A stretch of 64,000 nucleotides of DNA, taken from NCBI GenBank assembly GCA_016748015.1, contig JAAOMT010000523.1, positions 1,448,206 to 1,512,205 of the forward strand, read 5' to 3'. Made by a program: the position numbers and the translations under genes. This DNA comes from Geosiphon pyriformis uo1 (taxonomy: Eukaryota > Fungi > Glomeromycota). This document shows positions 13,170 through 23,905 of this stretch, one piece after another. How positions within the stretch are numbered: position 1 is the stretch's first letter; each line of letters begins with the position of its first letter. A model generated the notes under the pieces. It was not told the origin of the DNA. It saw nothing but the letters and a program-made list of their open reading frames with translations, and made no database searches.

Positions 13170-15247
13170 TGAATCTATAAAGGTTTTGGGGACAATGAAA
13201 ATTTTTGAAGGAATGTGTAAAATTGGAATATTTTCCAAAGACCAATCTATGTTCAAGTAACTGATTTAACAAAACGGTTTTTCTTTTCTGTCAAATGATC
13301 TTTTAAAAGAATTTATCAAATATTTATTATTGATTTTAATTGGTTTCTCTTAAATTAAAATGTTGCACACAAAAAAGTCGTACATCGTGGTTTCAAGTTA
13401 CCATATGGGAAGTAAAAATGCATAATAAATGTGTACCAATAAATTATCATCGGGGGTAACTACAAACTGTTCTAAACCTTATGAAGCCCGCAGTGGTGAG
13501 ATTGTTGATGAAAAATTTTCGGTATGGAATGATCATGTCTTTCCTTTAAATTTGATACATGGCTGGAATTCCAATTCGTTTTCTCTCTGAGTGTGATTTA
13601 TTAATACCCTTAAATTCTCTGAATTTTTTTGAGGTCATTGTGACATCAATATTAGTTTGATATATGATTTGATATCATAATTTAACTGAAGATCAAAACT
13701 CAACAAAACGTTTCACTCTGAAAATGACCTCATATTTAGAAGAACCTGTTCTATAAGATCTGCGATGTGTCGAAAAATTCATTATTTTTTTATCCCTAAG
13801 ATACTTTATGCTCTCGAGCAAATAGATTACATCTTTGACTAGTCTAAACTAATTAATTTTCAACTTTGAAATCACGAATCAGAGGTAACGCCCCTTTTTT
13901 ATAAATTTAGAAAATTAAATTTTATGATTAAATAGCGGCTCCACCTCGTTGAAATGTGTTTTTTTAATGAAAGGAAATTCTGGCCTGATGAAGTCTTAAA
14001 GAAAAAAAATGCTCGCTTCGACATGCTTTCGTTTTATTCACTAACTCATATGTTTGCTTGATACATAAATGACAGATCAATGGCCAATAAAAAATTTAAT
14101 TTAAGAAATTCAAGTTTCAATTGGAAATTTGCTATTTTGTACCATCCCAATATTTATGAAAATATTTCGAGGGTCGTAAGCTTTTTGTCTTTTGTACTGA
14201 GTCGAATCTAACTTTTATGTATTAAAAACTCAATTCACTTAAGATTCTATAGTTGAATCTCAATAGAGAAACTAAATTCGAGTGACGCCCATTCTGAATC
14301 GGTTAAACTTTCATTTGATGTTATTGCAAAAAAGGACCGCAAAGACATCATGTTTTTTACAATGCATTACTTTCTGTTTTTTAAAAAAAGAGTGCTTCAA
14401 GAGTTTTAATTAATTAACTTATTATGAAACTGAAAATTTTTGCAGAGTAATGGTTTCACTAACCAGTTATTTAGTAGTGACGTAAAATACCCCACCTCCT
14501 ATTTGTCTGCATATCAGGCAACCGAGTAACTTGGCGTGTCATCAGACACCTTTGTTGCCCTTAGGCAAGAAAAAATCACGGCTGTGACATCTCCATCTGC
14601 CACTCGTCTCAACGATATCCTTTCCCTTTTCCTGAAGTAGCTTCGCAAAATGCAGCCCCACCAGCAAGAAGCGTTACCCATATGCCTGTGTTTCTAACCT
14701 ACAAACTCCTAACTTCAGACGATCGGGACTTAAGGCCTTATCGGAACGAGCAAGTCGCAAAGTAGTCTCAGAAATGATAATCATCCATCACAACCGTCTC
14801 TGCCGCTTTTATTTTTGACCTCCTCCAATTGATATTCTCCCTTCATTCATGATCCTCTTCAATGAAACCTCTGATGAACAAGAACTTTCCCAAAATATTC
14901 TTGCCGCAACACTGTCTTCATCTACAGAATCTAAGGACGGCAAGCAGCTAAATACAGAAGAGAGCGCAGAACAAGCAAAAAACGCAATACCAAGATCACC
15001 ACAACGGCAGCATGCAACCAGCGACAAGGTTCAGGAAAAACTTTCAATCGTACGTTACTGGTAACACAACCACTTTTAGAAGCAGTTATTGAAACAAAGG
15101 ATGAGCTTGGCGACATTTGACTTGAATACTATAGTCGAGTGAAATAAAATGCTAAAGAAGCAAAATGGCATTACAGAAAGAAATGGGGGAAGCCTATGGA
15201 GCTTCGGCTATCTAGGGCAAAGAAAAGTCCGCGAAAATAAGAGGATA

Positions 15248-15488
15248 CTGGGGCGGGACAGGTTAATAGGAACTTTTACTTTATACAGAGATAAAATGGA
15301 CAACATTATTTTTAACTATCCAGTTTATAACTTTAAATATTTTTGTTTCTGAACATTTTCGCGGTTATGGTTCCTCCTTTTTCTGCTTGGGTAAGATCTA
15401 TTGGACGACTCATGATCGCGGTAAAATCAGAAATTTCCATAATTAAGATATAAGTTTCGTGATATTCTAATAATCTGTCCCCGCCCAG
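15248..15488. mobile_element. MITE-like element (Tc1/mariner-type), 241 bp, with 22-bp TIRs and TA target-site duplication
   Basis: Left end TA|ctggggcgggacaggttaatag; right end ctaataatctgtccccgcccag|TA. The TIRs match at 18/22 as an inverted repeat. No coding capacity. Confidence 0.7.
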
Positions 15489-16133
15489 TAGATCTATCCA
15501 TGCGGCTTCTATTAATCCTGGCGTTCGCGATTCTATGACTTGACAAAGCAGTCTTACATACTACGAAGGATTGTGCGCCTGCAAAGTGAGATCCACAAAA
15601 AGGCAATCGTTTATTATCGCGCCGTTTGAGGTGTCAGACATGACTATGCGGAAAATGATATGCTGGAGACATTACCATTTATGTCAAGTTCGGATTGCCA
15701 AGGGCAAGGAATTAGGGTGTTTTCATCTAAAATGAGGCTCATAATCCAAAAAGTCATTGGAGGGTTGGAAATGTACAAAACGCTAGAATTGCCGGCTTGT
15801 AATGAAAATGACTTTCAAGGAATCCTCATCCAGGCAATAGTAGTTTTACTTAGCAATGCTTAATACTACTATTTATGCCTCAATCCATCTATAATTAATA
15901 GTTTCCTATCTAATTTATTCATAATTTAAGATTAGGATCCACAAGTAAAAAAGAGAATTCTCGCAAAAAAGCTATCCAAACATGATTTTTTGAAAAATTT
16001 TAAACAACACAATAATTTACGAAATTTTATTGGACGATGAAGAGAACATAAATTTTCGTCAAAATCAATTTATTAATGGATGGCTATTTTTGCTATGTTG
16101 GCCCCAGCTTGGAATCCTTGATAAGCGTTTATT

Positions 16134-17716
16134 TTATCGTTCAAAGTTTGATGGAGTTTCACATTCTCCAAATTTCACTCCAAAATATTTTTCGGATTGC
16201 AGAGTATTCTCGCCAAGTTTTTCTGGCCTGGCAAATAAATTATTACATCCCTATGTTGAATAAAATTACAAATTCAATATCATTCTTGTCTCATTTCAAT
16301 TCGTAAAAATTCACTATACTCACTGGACTTTCTAATTCCCCATCATTAATCCCCGGGCATTCATACAAAGGTCCATTTACTTGGCTTACCCAATACTCTT
16401 GTTTTGGATGCAGATAATTTCGGAAGCGTGGCAATGTTGGGAGAGTTTCTGTAAAGAAGGTAAATCGATAGACTAAAGGTCTTTCTTGAAAGGATAGTCT
16501 CTGATTTACCAATTGGGCAAAAGCTTTATTGCCAATTCGTGGAAGACTATATGTAAAAACAGTAATTTGAGTACTAGGAAATTCTAGCTTTAGGGCAAGT
16601 GCTGTGAATATTGCATACGCTAGAGACGAAATATTAGATAATTAATAAACATGTCAACAATAAACTAAAGTTTGGAGGATAAATTCGGAATGTAATATTT
16701 ACCGCCACCAATATTTAGACCGGCTAATCGAATGGGCTTATTACTGTCAGTCAACTCTTGCACTATTATTCTCATCTCATCCAAAATTCGATCAGATGCT
16801 TGTTGATAACGATTCCAAAGCCCCTGATGCACTAAAACTCCGATTTCGTTCAGGTAAGGTATTTGAACTGAATATTGAGAATTTTCAAGGAACCCTGCAA
16901 GCTTAGGAAGCGGGTCGCCAGGGAATAATATCAAATTTTCTCTTTGCTCTTTTACTGAACTTTCAACTGATCCAAAGTATGCTGTTTTTTAGAAAAAGGA
17001 AGTTTAAGAAGGCTCGTTCATGTGAATGGCATGAGTAATAGAGAAATACCTTCAATAAATAACGAAAAATTCTTTTGTTTTTCTTTGCATTGAAGATCCC
17101 AGAGGGCCAATGTATATTTTCGAAAGAATAGCACCAAGTCTGCGGATTGAACTAGCTTTCGATATTCAGGATCCGCAGAACCGAAAGATGAGTTGAACCT
17201 CCAGTTTCGTAGAAAGTCTTCTTCACTTATTGGGAATGATGGTGGACTAGAGGCTCCTGAATCGGAACTTGAGAGTTGGGAATTCAAAGGTTCAGAGAGT
17301 GAAATTGTGGATTGATTATCAACTTCATCTGAAAATTTTGCTTTGTCAGCCAAAGATAAAATGGTTTGGGTTTCCTCACTTGGAGTGTTTGGAAATTCAT
17401 TAAATTCATTGTTAAGCAAGGAAAGATTTGTGTCTAATAAAGGAGCTTGTGAATCGATGGATTGATTGTTCGAAGTTTCAGGCAGATCATTTAATTCAGC
17501 GGAAAGCGAATCAGGATTATTAAGGCTTGCTAATATTACTTCCTCGGGATTTTTTAGCAAGTCAAATGTGTCAATCTCCTGGCGTTTTTGGAAAAGCTCT
17601 TGTTCATGTATGCTAACATTATTTAAAGGTTTTATTGGTGTGGGATTGATAAAGGGAAAAAAGGTGAACAAAAACAGGAAGGATGCAAATTTGTGTATGA
17701 AAGCTCTTGGGAGCAT
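16134..17716 (-). CDS. Class-3 (Lipase_3) lipase-like protein A, secreted, catalytically degenerate (GLNIGG)
   Basis: Exons 17716-17050, 16981-16703, 16619-16324, 16250-16134 (about 452 aa). Signal peptide, KR site and acidic pro-region. Motifs VHQGLW, AGLNIGGAYAIFTAL, TVFTYSLPRIGNKAFA, YLHPKQEYW, KYFG. Confidence 0.85.
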
Positions 17717-18193
17717 TTCGATGAGTTCAAGATATTTGAAATGGTTATAGGATTGCAATTAAGAAATTTATTTATTTAAGAAGGGAATAGCATTTACATG
17801 TGACCCAGAGAATTATAATTTTGAAACATTCATTATTTTGCCCTTGCAATCTAAATATTGAAATCAGCATACGTAAATATCAAATAATTCGGAATATAGG
17901 TGTGCCGGATGGATTGTAATATGACAATAATAGATCTCAAGGCTCCATCAAGCAATGCCAGAGAAAAATCCCCGAGAGTCATTTTCGTCTATATCTATTA
18001 TAGTCTTACAATTTCAGCGTTTATATATCTTAGATTCTCTGATGTTTTGGATGTTTCCACACCAACTGCGAAAAATGAAATTAAATAGTAAAAGTTAATA
18101 AGAATATATGTTTAATAATTATAAAAATATTTGATTTAATACAATAATACAATAATACAATCATAACTTTTAAAAAAATTACATATAAAACTA

Positions 18194-18251
<58 letters not shown>

Positions 18252-18763
18252 TAACATTAAATGAATTTTTTTATTTACTATTCATTTATTTATTAACTTT
18301 TTATTATATTATTATTTTGTTCAAAATTTTTTAAACTTTAAATATATTTCTAATTAAAATATAAATTAATAATTTGACTCATTTTTAGAAAACTGTTTTT
18401 TAATATTATTTTGAAGAGTAATTTTTAAAATTGAAAGTTGTAAAAATAATAATAATACAAAGTTACAAAAAATTAAAATAGTTATAAATAATTACAGTAA
18501 TTATTACAATCGTAGTAATTTTATTAGATTCCAAAAATAATAGCAAATAATTTTACAGGAAATTGGTTAAAAATATTTTTAGGCGTGTTAAGAAGTGTAT
18601 TAAAAAAAATGTTCCATGACTTGTTTATTACCTATGGATTATTTGATCGGCTTGGCAGAATTTAACTAGGGCTTATATAGGAATTCCACAGTTGCTCTAC
18701 TAAAAATTTAATTTTCTTCTGATGATAGAGAAATACAATTTGCAAAAACAAAAAAAAAAGGAA

Positions 18764-20431
18764 ATGGCAGAACCTCCCTACTTATCAATAACTCAAGAAG
18801 TCAGAACTGATAAGCTAGATTTGGAAAGTCATGAAATGTTGCATTCCCAGAGACTTGGTATCAAATAATAATGTTCAGATCGCAAAGAGAGCCGAATTAG
18901 AAGCATTTGCTTATACATCGAACAGAAACCTGAAATTCTTGAAATTCGCTGGTGTGGAGAATGACAAAGATTACCTAGACAATGTGTCTGACCTAACAGA
19001 ATTGAGCGAAGATGGTAGGTAAATTTATATTTATTGCTCCTTTCTAGCATTTCTTCTATCAAATTGTTTTGAATAATATCTATAGCTACAGCAGATGATG
19101 CGTCACTTGAAAACAAGGTTTATCGCGAGTCTATTGAAGCCGTTGACAGTGACGATAATGATTTCACCGATAATGAATGGGAGGTTTAAAAAAACTATTA
19201 TTGAAAAAAATAATGAGATAACCCTATTATCAAAATTTTAGTAGCTAATTTTGAGGATAATACGGAAACATCAGTTTCGGCCTTAGAAAAGGTAGAAAGG
19301 ATTTTGTGGAAAAGCTGCCAAAACTTCTGAGCCTTGTATGAAAATTCGGAATCACATACTCAATTCCTGGATAGAAAGGAAGCCAGATTATGTTACCAAG
19401 ACAAGTATTCAAACAGGTTTGAAGGTAGTTTCAAAATGAAAATTTTCAATTACTTTTTTACCACAATTTATTCAGAATTGTGGTGATGTGAATGCTATCG
19501 GTCGAGTTCATACCTACTTAGAAGTAATTGGGGCAATTAATGTTGGGAAAGTTTTAATTCCTCCTAAAACAAGACGACCATATCAAAGACGACAGTATGA
19601 AGAAACCGTGGATGGATTTTATGAATTTGGAAATATCCGTAATTGAAAAGGCTATTTTGATGATAACTAAGTCCAGAAGGGGTTAGTTGAATAACTCATT
19701 GAATCTTCTGCGAATTTTTTTAGATTTTTATAGAATGTAAATAAAACAAGACACAGACGAGTTCGTGATGGCTTAGGGAGATGGTATGTCAGCGTGATTT
19801 CAAAAAATATTTGATAGACATACGAAAGATGTTTGTTTCTCTTTTATTTATTCTTTTGTCATTTGTCAAGAAAGATCTTTATAATGCTAACTTTAATGAC
19901 CGTAATCAAAGCCCAAGTTTTAGTTTAAAATTCTTTTGATCTTATTACAATATAACATGAGCTCCAACTGCAATCCTCTTGATTACTCCTGCGAATTCAG
20001 ATTCATGGGGCAAAATGCGATTCAGAAGCACGCGCAAGCAACGTCGGGTTAATTATGAGGAAATATCCACCTAATTTCTTCGTGATCCTCGCATTTAGTA
20101 GTTGAAGCAGAACTTCTCAAACTTTTCTTATAAATATTTGATCATCAATTAAAAGCGGTTTTGCTCCAGTAATCAAAGAGGAAGTAGAAAATCTTACAAT
20201 GTCAAGGATGATATTTATGAAAGAAATTATCCTGCCGATTTTCAGTTGCTTACTGCTTCAACAGTAATGAAAGTAGCAGGCAAACAACCCTATGATTTGG
20301 ATCTTTATTCTCACAAAGTCGAAGAAAATACCAATTATGAAGAAACCGAAATAACACCTTTTACCACACATGAAAAAGGTCCTTCTGCTCTTTCATCCTA
20401 TGCTTATTGTCAATTAAAAGAATATTTTTGA
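18764..20431 (+). pseudogene. MYSM1: MYSM1-like (SWIRM-domain histone H2A deubiquitinase) pseudogene, truncated at the start of the MPN domain
   Basis: 19302-19424 spliced to 19476-19640 gives [62 protein letters not shown], matching the MYSM1 SWIRM as I recall it. Also RHRRVRDGLGRW. In-frame stops (e.g. TAA at 19187) and frameshifts. Confidence 0.72.
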
Positions 20432-20599
20432 CAATGTTGAAGAAAAATATGAGGCTAACGTGATGCGCAACAATAATTAAATTTTCCTTAGAGGTAGATT
20501 TCAATTTCCTATAATAGAAAAGCACACTTGGAAAATAGAGACAACATTTGAGACAATTCGTTTCCATTATTTGAAGGTATAACATTATTTGTGGGATTT

Positions 20600-21290
20600 T
20601 TGTTGCCATTTGCATTATTATTAATATTTGGGTCTGCCATAACTTTAGGACGTGTGCCGCGATAAATCTTCGAGGCTAACTTTTCATCGTGGTTGCAATT
20701 AAAAAATGTCATTTTTCCGGTTGCTACCCTATATATAATCATCCCAAAACTGTAAATATCGGTTGGAGCAGATCTGGTTCCTCCTATTAAAATTTCTGGG
20801 GCAAGATATGGCAAACTGCAGCTTGTTCATTCCAATAGAGTCTTAAGTCCCGATAATTTGAAATTGATACCTGACCTGATATCGTCGAAGAATTTCAAGG
20901 TTGAAAATTGTGTGAGGAGTTGCTTTCGTCGCTCGAAATCTTGTTCTTGCCTTGCACTGGAGGCACAGGGGGTGATATCAACATTTGAGAAGTTTTACTA
21001 AATTTTTCCCTGCGTTCTGAGATTCATTGACAGGATAGAAACAGCCAATATCATTTAAATACAAATAACTGGGATGTTTTAGATTAAAAATTATTGTTTC
21101 CTTCGTGTAGATTGCCATGAATTAATCCTGCACTATGAAGGGCTGATAATGCAATCGCAATTTCATACAGAATTTCAAATTTCTTCATTCAGCTAATTTC
21201 ATGGAACGGCAAGCCAGCCTCCATTACAAGAATGAAATTTTTAGTATTAGGTTCTGGAATATCCCATAGCATAATGGAGTATGTCTCCGA
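20600..21290 (-). pseudogene. Decayed tyrosine-kinase-like protein kinase
   Basis: Fragments EPNTKNFILVME, KKFEILYEIAIALSALHSAGLIHGNLHEGN, LPYLAPEIL and TDIYSFGMIIY, interrupted by stops and frameshifts. Confidence 0.8.
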
Positions 21291-21899
21291 ATATTACTTC
21301 TCTGGAATAGTTTAGAATCCTCAAGACACCACTAAAGGAAAATTTTTTTACTCTGAACGTATCATTTAAATATACGATATTTACTTGAAAGAGGACTTGT
21401 CTTCAGAATATTTGGAGTAGGATTACTAATACCTATACGAGTTGTGGTATGCGGATTTGCAGGCCTTGCCTTTGCACAAGTATTTAATTGCAGACAATCA
21501 TCATTCTTACCGTCATCCCTACCATCATCATTCCCACTGACTTAACTTGTAAAACATATTAATAAAAGAATCAATTTTTGTCACCAAGTCCCTATAAATC
21601 AGTATTCAGCAAACGTGAAAATTTTAATCTCTTCCTCTCCTTTGCCATTGACGCTATTTTGATTATTCTTATCTTCCCCATTATATTTTCCTTTTATTGT
21701 CGTCTTCACTGTCTTTATTATTGTCATTACTGTCTTTATCATTATTACTGTCTTTATTATTGTCATTGTCTTTATTATCGTTTTTGTCTTATCATCATTA
21801 TCTTTATTATTATCATCTTTGCGATATCCTTTTTTCAATCACTGTCTTAATACAATTTGGATTATAAAAGTAACCCTTTACTCTCTCTTTTTTTTTCTC

Positions 21900-22876
21900 A
21901 AGCTAGTTTTTAAAAATGTTAATTCCACTACTACTACCACCATCACCACTACTATTAGCACCACGACCGCCACGGCCACCACCACCACCACCACCACCAC
22001 CATTGCTACCACCATCCCCACTACCACCGTTAAGCAAAAAGAAAAACACAGCAGCTCTTTAAAATCCTATTGAAATAAACAAGTTGCAGAATGGTCTCAA
22101 AAATTGTGGTTACCCATTATGATTGACTCTGCTGCTTCACTTTCAACTTCTTTCAACATGTCTTCCTTTTCTATTTTGTAAAATTCATGGTTTTCTTCAA
22201 CAAATCAATCTCCAATAAATATGAGCTGGTCAAGAATATTTTTGCCAGCAACAGTGGAATGCAAAGATGATGAACCAAATTGCAAAAAAATGACAATTCA
22301 TAACAAACACCAAAAAAACAGAAAAGATTCTCAATCGCACATTTTAAAATATATTCAAATTATCTTTAAAAACAACTTTTAAAGTAATGAATGAGATTGG
22401 CCTGATTTGCTTTTAAAACAGTAATGGGATGGAACAAAAAACGTCAAATCAGAAATCAAAATGGTATTATTGAAAGAAGCCTATAATTATTCAACAAAAC
22501 AACTTCTTTTCAATGATAATTTAGCTATTTGGGTGAACAAAAGTTTTGTAGAGCTGTTGTTCAGTTGAGCATGCTTTTATAAGTTTGTTTAGGTTTATTT
22601 ATATTTTATTGTTCATTATTTTTGCGTTCTACTGTTGATGGCAAGAATATTCTTTACCAGTTCATATGTATTGAAGGTTGGTTTATTGAAGAAAATCTTG
22701 AATTTTGCAAAATAGAGAAGAAAACATATTAAAAGTGAAGCAGCAGAAACAGTTATAATGAATAACCACAATTTTTGAGACTATTTTGCAACTTGTTCAT
22801 GCCAATAGGGTTTTACAGGGCTGCTTTTGTTGTTTAAAATTTTCTTTTTGCTTAAGGGCGGTAGTGGTGATAGCAA

Positions 22877-22908
<32 letters not shown>

Positions 22909-22933
22909 GAATTAAATTTTTAGAAACTAGCTT
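21900..22933. repeat. Long diverged inverted repeat, arms about 21900-22275 and 22611-22933
   Basis: The reverse complement of arm 2 aligns along arm 1, e.g. aagctagttt.taaaaat, ttaagcaaaaagaaaa, aacaagttgca.aat.gtctcaaaaattgtggtta, tctgctgcttcacttt, aagaatatt.ttgcca.caacagt. Roughly 80% identity by eye. Confidence 0.88.
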
Positions 22934-23905
22934 TAATTATACTTTGCAACAACTAGGATTCTTAATATTCCAAAAATATTATAAAGCAAAACTTAAATTG
23001 CCTAAATTTCTCAAATTTATTCTTAAAAAAAGTTGTTTAATGTGTAAAAAGCAAAATATTCTATAATTTTATTCAATACTTGAACTTATAATACTTTAAA
23101 AAATTCTTTGGGAATATTTTTGATTGAGGATTTTATTTTGGAATAAATAAATGCATCTTCCTTTGAATATGATTTTTAGGCGAAAAACCTATTCTTTCAA
23201 CTATTGTAAAAAGTTTTGCTCAATAGTAAAATATGAAGTGATAATACAAAAAAGATATTGGAATATTGCTTGGAAATTTAAAGGTCATTTAAAATGAATA
23301 ATTTGATTTCTTAATCTTTACAGAATTATATTAATTAAGAGAATTTGAAATATACGAAAGAAATTGTCATCACACTTGAAGAAAATGACAAAAGTCAATC
23401 GGAGGTGCAATATGGAAAAAAGTTGATAACAAGAACATTCACAATAAATACATGTATTAAATTGTGTTATTCTCAAAGAAAAAATATTGCATGTGGTCAG
23501 AGCTGCAAGCGTTTTCTCAAAAATCAGGAAATTTCTGGATGATGTGGATGTACATAAAATTATGGTCATTTACTTGTATAATTTGTACAATATTCTTTTG
23601 TTCTGATATAATAAAGGATTTAGGTTCAAATATTAAAAAATTTATTTTTCTTAACAGAATGATTTTCACTTATAAGTCTTTTTTAGGTTTTACTGAAAGA
23701 CATTTCGGGACCTTGCAACCGAAATGATGCAGTGGCACTGTGCGACTTACTTGCACAAAGGAAATTGGCTTCAGAACGAGTATCAGCATACAAAGGATGT
23801 TTTTTACTTAAATAATGTTTCCCAACTTTGGTTTTCAGAATATCTTGGTAAAAGAAGTTTAAAAAAATCTCCGTTTATTTCAAGACGAAAAAAATCTTAA
23901 AAACA

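Noticed and set aside
13985-14010. Hammerhead-like ctgatga core (also a hairpin at 4442-4477)
   Set aside because: No proper stem II followed by GAAA, and no stem I/III pairing found.
16134-17716. Calling the dead lipases EDS1/PAD4 orthologues
   Set aside because: No EP domain, signal peptides present and typical fungal Lipase_3 C-termini; the comparison is an analogy only.
21578-22073. ORFs rich in Cys/Tyr/His, Thr or Lys/Thr/Ile
   Set aside because: Translations of simple tandem repeats, not credible genes.
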